DNA from: Monocercomonoides exilis PA203
Taxonomy: Eukaryota; Protista; Preaxostyla
Assembly (NCBI GenBank): GCA_001643675.2
Contig: LSRY02000002.1
Location: 806,001-870,000 of the forward strand
Length of the DNA: 64,000 nt
Direction: 5' to 3'
Below the pieces are notes generated by a model. The model had not been told where the DNA came from and ran no database searches. It worked only from the letters and a program-made list of their open reading frames with translations. The translations under genes and the position numbers were made by a program. Below are positions 1 through 11,636 of the stretch, one piece after another; the stretch's first letter is position 1; each line of letters starts with the position of its first letter.

Positions 1-1
1 T

Positions 2-2632
2 GCTTCAAATGGCCAAGTTATTTCTGCTTTCTTCTCGCCTCTCACTGTACTTAATCGAGTGTTTGCGAACCCGTCTATCTTGAAGGTGTTCCATGGGGCA
101 CACTCCGATGTGCAGTGGCTGCAGAGGGACTTCTCTCTGTATCTTGTGAACATGTTTGACACGTATTTTGCATCTGAGCGGTTGAACTATCCTAAGCTGT
201 CACTTGAATTTCTTTTGAGAAGATTCTGTTTGAGGTCTGTTGATGGAACGGGGAATGCAGAAAGCGGATCTTCTTCTTCAAAGAAAGATGAACAGAAGGT
301 TGAAAGAAAAGAGGAAGGCGAATTGGAAAAACAAAAAGATGGGAAGTCGATGGAATCAAAAGAGCAGAAAGCAATCACAATTGAAGACGATGATGAAGTG
401 ATTGTCATTCCTTCAGATGATAAGGATGATGCTTCTTCGTCTTCTTCCTCTTATTCTTCTTCTTCCTCATCCTCGTCCTCATCAATTGGCTATGCGAGTC
501 TGCGTCTTCTGGACGACAAAAAGCGGCTGCAGCGGAGCGACTGGCGGATCCGCCCGCTTTCTGAGGAGATGAAAGAGTATGCCCGGCAAGACACGCACTA
601 CTTGCTGTATGTGTGGGATTGCCTGCGGATTGAGCTGAAGGAGAAGGAGGAGAGAGAGAAGGCATGCAGCGGCGCGGAGGTGGCGAGGAGAGAGCGGGCA
701 GAAGACGGAGCGATGGATGGGACAGTGATGAAAGCAGAACAGCAAGGTGTTGATATGAAAGAGAAGAATAGAGAAAGGAAGAGTAATAGTGAAGAAGAAG
801 AAGGGGAAGAAGAAAAAGAAGAGGAACCGGAAGGTCCGATGTTTGTCGATGCAAAAGTTAAGAGGAAGTCATCGCGTTCAACTGAAAAGCAGAGAAAGAC
901 AAATTCGTCTTTGGATAAGAAAAGAAAAGTGGCTGATGAAGAAAATAACAATCAAAGAGAACAAATTTCGACTGATGAAAAATCTTCATCACCTTCATCT
1001 TCTTCTTCTTCTTCCACTTCCACTTCCACTTCATCTTCTTCAATCACCACATCATCCGCAACCCTTTCATCTCCATCTTCCTCTTCTTCAATTCCTTCAA
1101 ATCCACTTTCTTCCACAAATTCATCAAACCCATCGACACTCATACTTCAGCTTCCCCCCTCTCGCTATGTCTTCGAAGAAAGCAGAAAAGAATGCCTCAT
1201 CAAATACGACCACTTCGTCTTTGACGGCAGCTCGTACGAGAAAACGTGGCAGACACATTTCAGTCAGATGCACTCCTGGAAGAGAAGGCACCGCGGGTTT
1301 GAGAACAGAATAAAGGAGAGTCTGAAAGCACAGGAGACAAAGGCAAACACAGAAGCTGCTGCGGCAGAGAAGAAAAAAGAAGAGGAGAGCAAAACGAGTC
1401 TGAGTCTCGAAGAGAAAGACAGGAAAGAAGAGAACGAGCGGCTGAAGCAGATTCAGTCGCAGGAGAAAGCAGACTCAGCCAGTGCTGCAGAAGAGGAGGC
1501 GCTGGGAAACACAAAGCAAGGGCTGAAAGATCGAATAGCAGAGCGTGTCTTTGCAGCGCTGTATGGATGGCGGGATGGCAAGGCGCGGCTGCTGGACGAG
1601 TCTGCAGAGTGTGTGATGTCTCGTGTGGCGATGTTCTGTTTATCAAAGCCTTGTTTCACAAACACAATGATTGGATCACAGGGCATTCCGAGATTGAACA
1701 AGGAGGGGAATGGAAGTGGAAGTGGAAGTGGTGGCAGCTATGGAAATAATAAAAGTGATAAGAAAAGCAGCAATGTGCACGGTGAAGCAAATGGTGCAGG
1801 CGAGAACGCAGGAGAAGGAGAAGAAGACTTTTACGGGGAAGATACCGACGAAGACGAAGAAGTGATTCCTATCCCATCGCCTGCTCCGTCTTCTTCTCCT
1901 TCACCCTCGCCGTCTCCATCTCCATATCCGTCTCTATCCCCATCTCTGTCACCTGTTCCTCTCTCCATCTCCTCTTCCATGGGCTTGCCAACACTGCAGA
2001 CTGCAGATCCAGTGCAGCAGAACCAGCAAATCAAACGCTATCCTCGCAACGCCACAGAAGTCGATGCTGCTCTGCGTGCAATGAAGCTGCTGCCACACCA
2101 AATCCCTCACAGCCGAATCGTTGATCAAGGCCAAAATATCAAAGACAGCGCGTTCAGAGGCGCAAAAGGCAAAGCGGAGAGAGAGAAAGCTATTGAGCGG
2201 CTGCAGCGGAAGCGGGACATGGAGCTTTATGCGGAGTTGGCAAGGGTTATTTCGAAGGGAGTGACAAATGCGAGCCAATCACCGAAGATTGTCTGCAGAG
2301 ACTGCTGGCTTGACGGATTTCAACAGACAAGCCTCGTTCCGCAGGCAGATGATTTGAGTGACAGAAAACAGGAGAAGAATGAAAGTGGAATGAAAAATGA
2401 GTCAAATTCTGATGTTAACAGTGCTGCTGGCTCTTCTGTCAATAAGGGGAAGATATCATCAGAATCCACTCTCATATTGACTTCTACTAACACTTCACAA
2501 TCTTCTTCTTCACAGTTTAGCTCTTGCGTTTCTGCTCCTATTGTATCCCTTCCTACTGTTGTTTTTGGTTTGAAAAAATTGGAATTTTTAAAAGGAAAAA
2601 GGCAAATTATTGCAAAAGCAAAAACCAAATGA
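2..2632 (+). CDS. RRP6: Exosome-associated 3'-5' exoribonuclease Rrp6/EXOSC10 (5'-partial), DEDD-Y exonuclease plus HRDC, with long low-complexity insertions
   Basis: Frame is open from position 2. Motifs LNRVFANPSILKVFHGAHSDVQWLQRDFSLYLVNMFDT and SDWRIRPLSEEMKEYARQDTHYLLY; HRDC-like RVFAALYGWRDGKARLLDES. Confidence 0.9.
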   Translation, partial: ASNGQVISAFFSPLTVLNRVFANPSILKVFHGAHSDVQWLQRDFSLYLVNMFDTYFASERLNYPKLSLEFLLRRFCLRSVDGTGNAESGSSSSKKDEQKVERKEEGELEKQKDGKSMESKEQKAITIEDDDEVIVIPSDDKDDASSSSSSYSSSSSSSSSSIGYASLRLLDDKKRLQRSDWRIRPLSEEMKEYARQDTHYLLYVWDCLRIELKEKEEREKACSGAEVARRERAEDGAMDGTVMKAEQQGVDMKEKNRERKSNSEEEEGEEEKEEEPEGPMFVDAKVKRKSSRSTEKQRKTNSSLDKKRKVADEENNNQREQISTDEKSSSPSSSSSSSTSTSTSSSSITTSSATLSSPSSSSSIPSNPLSSTNSSNPSTLILQLPPSRYVFEESRKECLIKYDHFVFDGSSYEKTWQTHFSQMHSWKRRHRGFENRIKESLKAQETKANTEAAAAEKKKEEESKTSLSLEEKDRKEENERLKQIQSQEKADSASAAEEEALGNTKQGLKDRIAERVFAALYGWRDGKARLLDESAECVMSRVAMFCLSKPCFTNTMIGSQGIPRLNKEGNGSGSGSGGSYGNNKSDKKSSNVHGEANGAGENAGEGEEDFYGEDTDEDEEVIPIPSPAPSSSPSPSPSPSPYPSLSPSLSPVPLSISSSMGLPTLQTADPVQQNQQIKRYPRNATEVDAALRAMKLLPHQIPHSRIVDQGQNIKDSAFRGAKGKAEREKAIERLQRKRDMELYAELARVISKGVTNASQSPKIVCRDCWLDGFQQTSLVPQADDLSDRKQEKNESGMKNESNSDVNSAAGSSVNKGKISSESTLILTSTNTSQSSSSQFSSCVSAPIVSLPTVVFGLKKLEFLKGKRQIIAKAKTK

Positions 2633-2811
2633 AGGCATTTATCATTTGTTTTTTGATTTTCTTAAAATGTTACAAAATTGTAAAAGTATTTATTCATTTC
2701 ACTTATCACAGATAATCATCTCACAAAAATAAAATTCAAATTTTTTGAAATGTTTTGATTTATTTTACAGTGATTTTTTTAGATCTTGCCCATCCCTTGA
2801 ATCTTTGTTTC

Positions 2812-3743
2812 ATGCAAACTCAAAAGTTTGTTTTTCTTGATAAATAAAATGTATAACTGGAAAAAAATCTCTTCCATCAATATGTAAAATATACAATTAC
2901 ATTTTAGGCCCCTTTTAGAGATCAAAAATCTTCACTGCTCAGTGAAAATAGATGATGGAGAATCTCGACCAATTTTGAAAGGAATTAACCTTGTTGTATA
3001 TCCTGGAGAAGTTCACGCCATCATGGGTCCAAATGGTTCAGGGAAAAGCACATTGGCACAAGTTATAGCAGGAAATCCATCATTTGTTGTGACTGAAGGT
3101 TCAATTTTATTCTGTGGAGAATCTATACTCGAATTGCCACCAGAAGAGCGCGCTCGAATCGGAGTTTTTATTGGATTTCAATCGCCTCCAAGCATACCTG
3201 GGGTATCAAATGAATATTTCCTTCGAACTTCAGTTAATGCAATTCGCCGTGCAAAAAGTCTTCCAGCACTTGATCCTTCAGAATTTGCTCCTATTCTCGA
3301 GCAAAAACGTAAGCAATTGGGAATAGACGAATCATTTTTGTCTCGAGGCGTCAATGAAGGTTTTTCTGGAGGAGAAAAGGTTCGTATTATTTTTTTTAAA
3401 TGTTTTTGAGTTACTTTTTTTTTAGAAAAGAAATGAAATCTTACAAATGACCTTGCTGGAACCAAAGCTTTGCCTTTTGGATGAAATTGATTCAGGAGTT
3501 GATATTGATGCATTGCGTGTTGTGACAGAAGGTATCAATGCTCTTAAAGGTTCTGAAAGATCGATTGTGATGATCACTCATTGGCAAAGGTTGCTGTCTC
3601 AAGTTGTTCCAGATAAGGTACACGTCCTATGGGAAGGGCGCATTGTCCTGACTGGAGAAAAAGAACTTGCACAGGAACTTGAAGAGAAGGGATATGAATG
3701 GGTGAAAGAAAAGGCTGTTGCAGAGGGAGTTGTGAAGATTTAA
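2812..3743 (+). CDS. sufC: Fe-S cluster assembly ABC ATPase SufC; exons 2812-2825, 2908-3379, 3426-3743
   Basis: Spliced product starts [17 protein letters not shown]. It has [17 protein letters not shown] (Walker A), [12 protein letters not shown]|KRNEILQM, and [14 protein letters not shown] (Walker B). GT-AG introns 2826-2907 and 3380-3425 restore the frame. Confidence 0.96.
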
Positions 3744-3991
3744 TTCGTTGAATTATTTTGTAATGATCTTTCATTAATATCCTCGTTGATAATCTTTGCT
3801 TCATCGTCATCTTCGTCTTTTACTCATGTCAATACTGTTTGCTTTTCATTTCATCGCTATTCATTCAATGAGTATCTTAGAAACAAAATTTAGAGAAATA
3901 TTAGAAGAAATAATATTTAATTTATTTATTTTTATCAATGTGAAAAACATAAAATTAATCAATATTCTTTTTAAAATATTTCTAATATTGA

Positions 3992-6682
3992 TCAATCTAC
4001 TTGTTCTTCCATCAAAATATCATAATCGTCATCTTCATCTTCATCGTACGTTTCTCTTTTTGACAAAAACCTTGAAAAAATGCTCTTTGCACATTTCTTT
4101 GTTTTGGAGTTCTTTGAGTTTTTAAGCATTTCTAATTCAGCATCCAGTTCTTCGTTCTCCAAGTCAAACATGACTGTGTTTAAATACAAGGGCCCCACAA
4201 ACATCGGCTGGTCAGCACTGTCCGAATGTGTGTTTTGTGTTTGGCGCGAAAACAGATGAGCCACGTTGACCAATGATGGGAAATTAAAGGAGTCAGAAGA
4301 CATCTGCTGTGTGTTTAATTCGTGGCTGTTTGAAGCTTCTAGCCCTTTTCCTGCTTCATTCGCTCTGTCCTTCTCCATCTCGTCCAGCATCCTTCCCATT
4401 TGCTGCCATTCCTCGTCGTCAACCTGGCCGATCTGTTTTTCTCTCAGCTCGTCTTCTTCTTTCCTTTTCTTCTGTGCAAGCATAATAATCTCCTCGCTTT
4501 GCATCTCTCCTCTCAGCAGAAGCACATAAAGCAGCCGCAAAATCTTCGTCTGTGTCATTCCTTGCATCACAGAGCACACTTGCGCAAGGGCCACGTGCAG
4601 CCTGTTGCCGATGAAGCAGTCCAGAATGGCGCACAAGCCATCAGTCAGCGTCTCGCGAGTCAGCCCCATCAGATATTCAGTTTCTGCAGGCTTTGCAGGA
4701 GTTTGCTCAATGTCCATCTGTGTTGAAGAAGAAGAAGAAGATAACAAAAGAGACGGAACCGACGTGTCAAATGCTGGCGTTGAATTCATTGTTTCATTAT
4801 CGTTTTTTCCGCTGATATCTCCTTTATCCAGTTTGTAGTGTTCATTTAAACTGACAATGTTAAAGCAGACAGATACCACTTCGCCTACGATTTTCGTGCT
4901 GGATGTGCGTGTCAGGATGTGTGCCAGATGGTGCATTATGACGCTCTCTCTGAAGAAACATACTTCTCTTGCTGACTGTGCATCTGTTGCTGTGATGTTA
5001 GAAAGCGTAAAGCAGGTGTCAAAGAGAAGGTCCTTGTCTGTTGAGTAATCTTGGAGACAACGCAGCAGAAATGGAAGGGCAGATCCGCGGAGAAGAATCT
5101 TGTGTTGAGGAAGAAAAAACAATACAACAAAAATGAAAAATAAAAAATAAAAAAAAATAAAATTATTTGAAAATTAAAGCTTGCACCAACCTGTGCTGAG
5201 TCCTTGTCCGTGTCCCCAGACATTGCAGCGACAACAGTTAGCATTTTTGGTATCACATCACGATGATAATTCGCCACAAGAGAAAAATGAATGAGATTTC
5301 GCACTGCATTACTGCCGAGAAGAACCTGAATTCAAGGAATTCGGTTGCGGTACAGAATTTTTGTAATATTCAAGGTTTGTGTTTTTTTTACATAAAAAGC
5401 AGAGAAATAAAAGAAAAATTGGGATATTTTAATCAAAGAAATCAATTGAAGAGATTGCACACTGTAGAAAACGGTTCAAAGAATTCCACAAGATCATGCA
5501 ACGCAAATATTGCATGTGCTTTTGCATATTCCGCATTGTCGTCTGCGAAGATAGCAAGGAGAAGTGGAAGCGCTTGCGTATAGCGAGGCAGTGTTTCCTT
5601 ATTAAGATTGGTTGAAATGGTGTTGCGAATGAAGTTAGTCGCACAAACGACAACGCCGAAGCGTTTGAGCTGTTTTTTGGAAGTGTTTGAAGAAGGCTGA
5701 GGTGAATATGAAGTGGGAGGTATTTGTGACATGAAGTTGCGCAGAGTGAAGGAGTCTTGTGAAGGTGCAGGGAAGCAGCTTCTGGGGCATGGAACGAATG
5801 ATGCAATTGAAGAGAATTGAGAATAACTGTGCAAAATAGCGCATGAAACTTGACATGTGGGCGTAGAGAAATATCTCTTTGATAAAATCCCAAGGCATAT
5901 TTCAAATAGATCTGTTTGTTGGACGAATCCCACTGTTTCATAATCGGTGAACACAATATTCCCAAAGAATTGAATAATCTAGAATAAATAAAAAGTAATA
6001 AAACTTGGCATTCAAAAAATTAAAAAGAAAATACTTGTGAAATAAGATCCTCATTTTTAGTATGCTTTATTAATTCGTAGAGCTTCGGGCAAGCATCTGA
6101 ATAACAAATGTGACGAGTTGATTCTTCTGAAATGTATGTCATTGCTATTAACATCCAAACAACTTCATACTACGAAATTGTATTTTAATATTAATGAATA
6201 TTTATATTTGCACAAATCATACTAATGTTTCATCAGAACTGTGAACGTGCAAAAAAGGAAGCAAATGCGACAAAGGATCCAATTTGACAAATTGGTGTAG
6301 TGGCTCTCTATTTTCTGTATCAAAAAATGTTTGTGTGAAAAATTAAAGATATTTTCAATACAAGCAATAGACCTGAAGTTATCAGTTTTCGCAAATTTGT
6401 TAATGATGCAAGTGCAACGCTTGGCATCGGAGATTTTATAAGTTGAAACAATTCAACGATAGATTCTTGAACGAGTACCGCTTCTTGCGAAGAAGTTTCT
6501 TGCATCCTGCGATGAGTTGACAAAATTGAATCTCTTTTCTCTAATCTGAGATGTTTAACAAGGCCACAAGATTTTCGCTGTGTCATGTCAAAATAATCAT
6601 CATTTTGATAAGTAGTGAATCGCTCTGACGCTCGTGTTTTTAGATCCCATTTCGTAAATGGAAGTTCATCTTTTTGAAACAT
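3992..6682 (-). CDS. Divergent importin-alpha-like armadillo-repeat protein, multi-exon
   Basis: IBB-like N-terminus (LRLEKRDSILSTHRR). ARM-like segments YEVVWMLIAMTY, FFGNIVF, VVAAMSGDTD and DTCFTLSNITA are spread over several exons separated by AT-rich introns. Start codon and exon limits are approximate. Confidence 0.6.
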
Positions 6683-6761
6683 TTCTTGTGGGATATAAAT
6701 ATCTTGAAAAAAGGAATTTGACAAAGATCTTGCTAATTGTGGAGTTCGAACTTTATGATAT

Positions 6762-9700
6762 ATGTTTGACTATGCAGAAAATTTATCTTCTCACCTCCTT
6801 GTAAAAGAGCGCGTTGAAGTCGGCACACCTCCGGGAAGTAGTTGCTCGTTTTCAGTTGTTACATTTAACATTCTTGTTCAACATGGCTGCACCGATCAAC
6901 AATTTACGTACATGTCGCGTCAAACAAAAGATAAACATTCGCGCCATTCTCGTATATATCAAGAACTTGAACTGTTGAATGCAGATATTTATTGTCTTCA
7001 GGAAGTTGATAATGAGCCAGACCTTCTTCAATTTTTTGGGAAAAAATATGAAATATTTTACTTTTCAAGAACAAACGAATATCTTGCTCTTTCTGGAAAG
7101 CATGCACAAAGAAATGATGGAATCGCAGTTCTTTTTAGAAAAACAAAATTTCGCCTTATTTGTTCATCAACCATAAACTTCAATCTTCTTTCAACTCACC
7201 TCGTTCCAACTTCTATGTTTTCTCAAGAAAATTCTCCTCCTCCATCGACTCTAGAAATACGATCAAAGTCTGTTCAATCAATTACAAATCCCAGTTGTTT
7301 TTTTGATCGACTTTCGGATACTTCACAAATAGTGAGTCCAACTCGATCGGAAATACTTAAAGGATTGCCAGAATTCATGAAATGTTTCGTAAAAGATAAT
7401 TTTGGAGTGTACTTTTGTTTGGAAATCTTGAATTCTCCTCAAGACTTTTCTTCGACAGCCGGTTGCAAAGCACGCCCAACAACTAAATTACCACCGGGAT
7501 TTGCGAACTATGTTTTCAATCCTCCTTCTGTATTATTAAATTCAACTGCATCTTCTTCTTCGTCGTCGCCGTTGTCAAGTTCTCCAATTCCGCCAGGATC
7601 ACATCCAAAACTGCTGTTCCTCACAAACACCCATTTGTTCTGGGATCCTCGACTGGACCGGGTGAAGTACGAGCAGTTCCGAATGCTTCTGCGCGGACTG
7701 TCTGTTTTCAAGGCATTGGTCCGCGTGGAGCTGATGAAGTGCTTGAATGACTACTCCCAGCTGTGCAGCGCAAGGCAGATGGCAATGGACAAAGAAATGG
7801 GAGATGGAAAGGGGAACATTTGCGATGAAAGACTTGAAAATGGTACAATTGAAATTGATGGCGATTCTTCTTCTATAGGAACAGAAAATGATGAAAAAAA
7901 CAAGACAAATGTAACAACAGAAGGCGTATCACAACAAAAATTTCCTGGAAATGCACTACAATTTCAAACCCCTTTTTCACAAACCTCATCAGCTCCTCGA
8001 CAAGTTTCATCTCATCCGACACAGGCAGCAACGCAGTCCATTGGCAAAGACTTTTTCTTCTACGATGTGGGGAATGTGATCTGCGGAGACCTGAACTCGA
8101 CAACGACCTCAGAGTTGTACAATTTCTTTGCATATAACAAAGTCAACCGCTATCAGAAGATTCAGATTCCGCTTCTGTGGGACTACATCTTCCGCGACAC
8201 GATCGACGATGTTGCTAAATTGGACAAAGGAAAGAAAGAAAATGCAGGAGAGCAGACTTTGCCAGCAAAGGCGGTTCCGTCTCCTGAAAGCAGTGTGATA
8301 TTCGTCCCCACGCCAACTCCTTCTCCATCGACTTCTGCTTCTGCTTCTCCAATGCGTGTTCACAAAGACTTTTCGATTGACCAGCTGTTCCAACTGAAAA
8401 AGGAATGTCTTCCATTTGCACTTTCCACACTGCATCGCTCAACGCTCCAGAAAATCTTAGCATTCTCAACAAAAGATAAGGATGGAACCCAGCAATCGTC
8501 TCCTTCTCCGCTAGATTTGCCTTCCCCTCTCTCAGCAAATATCACGCCTAATTCTTATTCAGCATCACAACCACCACAACTCTTCGATCAATTCATTGCG
8601 CCTCCGCTTGTGCTACCGCTGCGCTCTGCTTATCGTACTGTGCTGGGAACTGAGCCGCAGTTTACAAACTTCACCCTGAACTTCAAAGCAACCATTGATT
8701 ATATCTTCTTTTCTTCATCTGAGGTCGAGCTTTGGGACGGATACGGAATGGTAAAGAAGAAGGAGAAAGAACAAGCTATGTTGAACGCAGAGAAGAACAA
8801 GGAAGAAGCCAATGATGGAGAATACAAGTACGAATACCCTGAAGACGAGGATTTGGATGAAACTGCACGTGAAAAAGAAGCTGGAGCAGGGAAATCAAGT
8901 GAAGATCCATCTGCTTCCCCAAGCAAAAAACGCAACTTATCTTCTTCAAAGTCGAAAAGCAGCAGCGGCGGAGCTGACGCTTCTGATCCGTATGTCCTTC
9001 TTGAGGATTTGTCATGCAGGCAGTTTGAGTCGCCTGATCTTCTCTTCCGCCCTCTCCCGCTGTTCTGCTCGTCAGTGCTTGCGCCTCCGTCTGTTGAAGC
9101 TGCTTCAAGACAAGTTGGATTGCCGAGCGAGTTCTGTGGATCAGACCATATTTCGCTTAGAGCTGTGTTCTGGGTCGGGGAAGAAGGGGAGAGCGTGAAG
9201 CACCGCAAGCAGAGGTTGGAGGAGGAGTGGTTGAAGGAGCACTTGCCAGAAGAGAAAGACGAAAGCGGCAAGCATCGGCAGCAGCAAGCGATGGCCCAAG
9301 CACAAGCACAGTCACAGATGATGAATCAGATGGCGGTGGGCGGAGGAACCGAGCAGATGAGAATGAGACCGTCTGCAAAGCCTTATCATTCAGTCGTTCA
9401 GCAGCAGCAACAACAGCAACAGCAGATGGAGCTAGCGCGGCAGCAGAAGGAGGATTACGAAAAACAGAAGAAGAAAGAATTTCATAAAGAATTTACTCCA
9501 AAATACAGCACGCAAATGATACAGACACAGCCTCATTCAAACTTGTCTGGCACAAATACATTCATTCCTTCTCAACATCCTCCAGTGCAGACATTTCAGC
9601 AACAGTTTCACACCTCTGCACCTTCGCCATTACTCACAACCTCACCAGCTACTCTGCCACTGATGCCTCAAATCCCTCAATCTTCCTCCCCCTCACCGTC

Positions 9701-10367
9701 GCAAGCGCAAGCACAAGCACCAGCTCCAGTGCCATCTTCGTTCAACACCCAACAGCTGCCTCAGCCTCAACAATATCGCCAGTCTCTCCCACACCCCCCG
9801 CCATACACTTTCCAGCCGCATCAGTCCCATCAGCTTCATCCGCCTCTTCAATCTCATCCGCCTCTCCAGCCTCAGCTGCATCCTTCATATCACCAGCCGC
9901 TTAGTCAAGTGCAGCCTGCGCAGAGACTCCCGTTTCCATATCACCAGAGTCAGCACGCGTCAACTGATGCTCCAATGGTCAATTCATTTCAGCGCAGCCA
10001 AATGGCAAAGCCTCAGCAATTTCCTTCTGCAGTTCCTTCTCCGATGGCTTCTGTTTCATCTCCGGCTTCGCCTCCAGTATCTCATCGGCAGTTTGGAGCA
10101 ACTGACTCGTCAGACTCGGTTTCTTCGTTCTCTGCTGTTCATCTCCCTTCTCCTCCGCTTTCACTTCCAGTTCATCTTGCATCTAATATTCCTTCTTCCA
10201 CCTCTTTAACTTCCGCAGTCACTTCTTCGCCAATTGATTCATCAGCATCAGTTCAATCTTCTTGTCCTATTTCAGCTCAAGATCAGATTCATCAGCAATC
10301 ATTGTATGTGAAAGAGAATGGGTTAACAAAAGTGAACGACATCGTTCCGGATGTTGGACATTCTTGA
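6762..10367 (+). CDS. EEP-superfamily CCR4/Angel/PDE12-like nuclease without LRR, with a Q/P/S-rich C-terminal tail
   Basis: Motifs FSVVTFNILV, ADIYCLQEVD, DGIAVLFRK, NTHLFWDP, VICGDLNS, FTNFTLNFKATIDYIFF and SDHISLRAVF. Confidence 0.85.
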   Translation: MFDYAENLSSHLLVKERVEVGTPPGSSCSFSVVTFNILVQHGCTDQQFTYMSRQTKDKHSRHSRIYQELELLNADIYCLQEVDNEPDLLQFFGKKYEIFYFSRTNEYLALSGKHAQRNDGIAVLFRKTKFRLICSSTINFNLLSTHLVPTSMFSQENSPPPSTLEIRSKSVQSITNPSCFFDRLSDTSQIVSPTRSEILKGLPEFMKCFVKDNFGVYFCLEILNSPQDFSSTAGCKARPTTKLPPGFANYVFNPPSVLLNSTASSSSSSPLSSSPIPPGSHPKLLFLTNTHLFWDPRLDRVKYEQFRMLLRGLSVFKALVRVELMKCLNDYSQLCSARQMAMDKEMGDGKGNICDERLENGTIEIDGDSSSIGTENDEKNKTNVTTEGVSQQKFPGNALQFQTPFSQTSSAPRQVSSHPTQAATQSIGKDFFFYDVGNVICGDLNSTTTSELYNFFAYNKVNRYQKIQIPLLWDYIFRDTIDDVAKLDKGKKENAGEQTLPAKAVPSPESSVIFVPTPTPSPSTSASASPMRVHKDFSIDQLFQLKKECLPFALSTLHRSTLQKILAFSTKDKDGTQQSSPSPLDLPSPLSANITPNSYSASQPPQLFDQFIAPPLVLPLRSAYRTVLGTEPQFTNFTLNFKATIDYIFFSSSEVELWDGYGMVKKKEKEQAMLNAEKNKEEANDGEYKYEYPEDEDLDETAREKEAGAGKSSEDPSASPSKKRNLSSSKSKSSSGGADASDPYVLLEDLSCRQFESPDLLFRPLPLFCSSVLAPPSVEAASRQVGLPSEFCGSDHISLRAVFWVGEEGESVKHRKQRLEEEWLKEHLPEEKDESGKHRQQQAMAQAQAQSQMMNQMAVGGGTEQMRMRPSAKPYHSVVQQQQQQQQQMELARQQKEDYEKQKKKEFHKEFTPKYSTQMIQTQPHSNLSGTNTFIPSQHPPVQTFQQQFHTSAPSPLLTTSPATLPLMPQIPQSSSPSPSQAQAQAPAPVPSSFNTQQLPQPQQYRQSLPHPPPYTFQPHQSHQLHPPLQSHPPLQPQLHPSYHQPLSQVQPAQRLPFPYHQSQHASTDAPMVNSFQRSQMAKPQQFPSAVPSPMASVSSPASPPVSHRQFGATDSSDSVSSFSAVHLPSPPLSLPVHLASNIPSSTSLTSAVTSSPIDSSASVQSSCPISAQDQIHQQSLYVKENGLTKVNDIVPDVGHS

Positions 10368-11636
10368 ATGTGCAGTGAAATCAGGTAATGTCTTCATATA
10401 ATTATTTTTTGATAGTGAATAAAAAATTATTTTTTGTGGAATATTTAATTATACCCAATGTCTAGTATTTTGATGCGTTTGTATTCACATAAAATTTAAT
10501 AATTTACAATTTCTTTAAAAATAATAGTGAAGTCTTTTCAATCTGGATTGTTTTTAAGTCATAATTAAAATCAAAAAATTGAGTGAGTTTCGTAAACATC
10601 TGGATGTAATTTGAACAGACAACAACTAAAAACATCGAAAAAGACTGTTCATTTCGCAGTGAAATTGAAGATTATCAACTTTTCAATTTAAAAGTTCGAT
10701 ATTTGTGTGTTTAAGTTTCCTTCGTCTTCTTTCAAACATTCATTAGTGTGTCTCAATCATGAATTATTAATCCGGTGCTCAAAAATATATTCATCAACCA
10801 AATAAAAAATAACATCAAAAAATCACTAAATATAATGCAAAAATCTTTCGAAAGAATGACTTTCTTTTCTCAATCTTTTATCTTTATTAATAACTTTTTT
10901 ATCAAACAATTATAATGTCAAAAAATTATGTAACACGTTTTGGTTTTTGGAATATTTTTCGATGAGAATCAGAAAAAATGATAAAAAAAAAAAAAAAATA
11001 TTATGAATATAAATTCTTTTTCAATGAAAATAGCAGACACAAAAGATACAAATATTAATAATAATAAATATATGGTGTTTGAAGAATAATGATTGTAAAT
11101 TACATCAAAGAAATCACACACAAATGGAAAAATGCAACATTCTGGAATTACACATATGAATAAAAAAATAGAACAAAAAAGAGATAACAAGAGGCAATTA
11201 CACAAAGTGGTGTTTCAAACAGGTGATGATATATAAAACAAAAAATAAAAATCTTGCAAAACAATGATTGATGAAACAAAAAAGCTTTAAATGCGCTCAA
11301 AAGCACAATTAACAGAAAACAATAAAGTTGAATACACAGAAGACAATTTGAAATATTATAATTGATTTGTAATAACAGAAAAGGTTATAAAATGCATGAA
11401 TGAATAAAAAGATACAAACATTTGAATTACAAGTATTGGCGATACTCAAACCACGCACAATACATTTTCTAATACAGACTAATTCATTTTACCGATTTCC
11501 CACACAAACTCCATCAACCAGAACAACTCTTCAATTTCAAATCTTATTTCTCCATTTCACAGCTCCCCATCAAACTCTTCTTTTGATGAACCAAATCCTA
11601 TTTCCAGGCAGTAACCTCCCATCCCACTCCACTATT

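Noticed and set aside
187-2715. Numerous short antisense or alternate-frame ORFs over long genes, here and throughout the window
   Set aside because: They are shadow ORFs produced by triplet-repeat-rich coding sequence.
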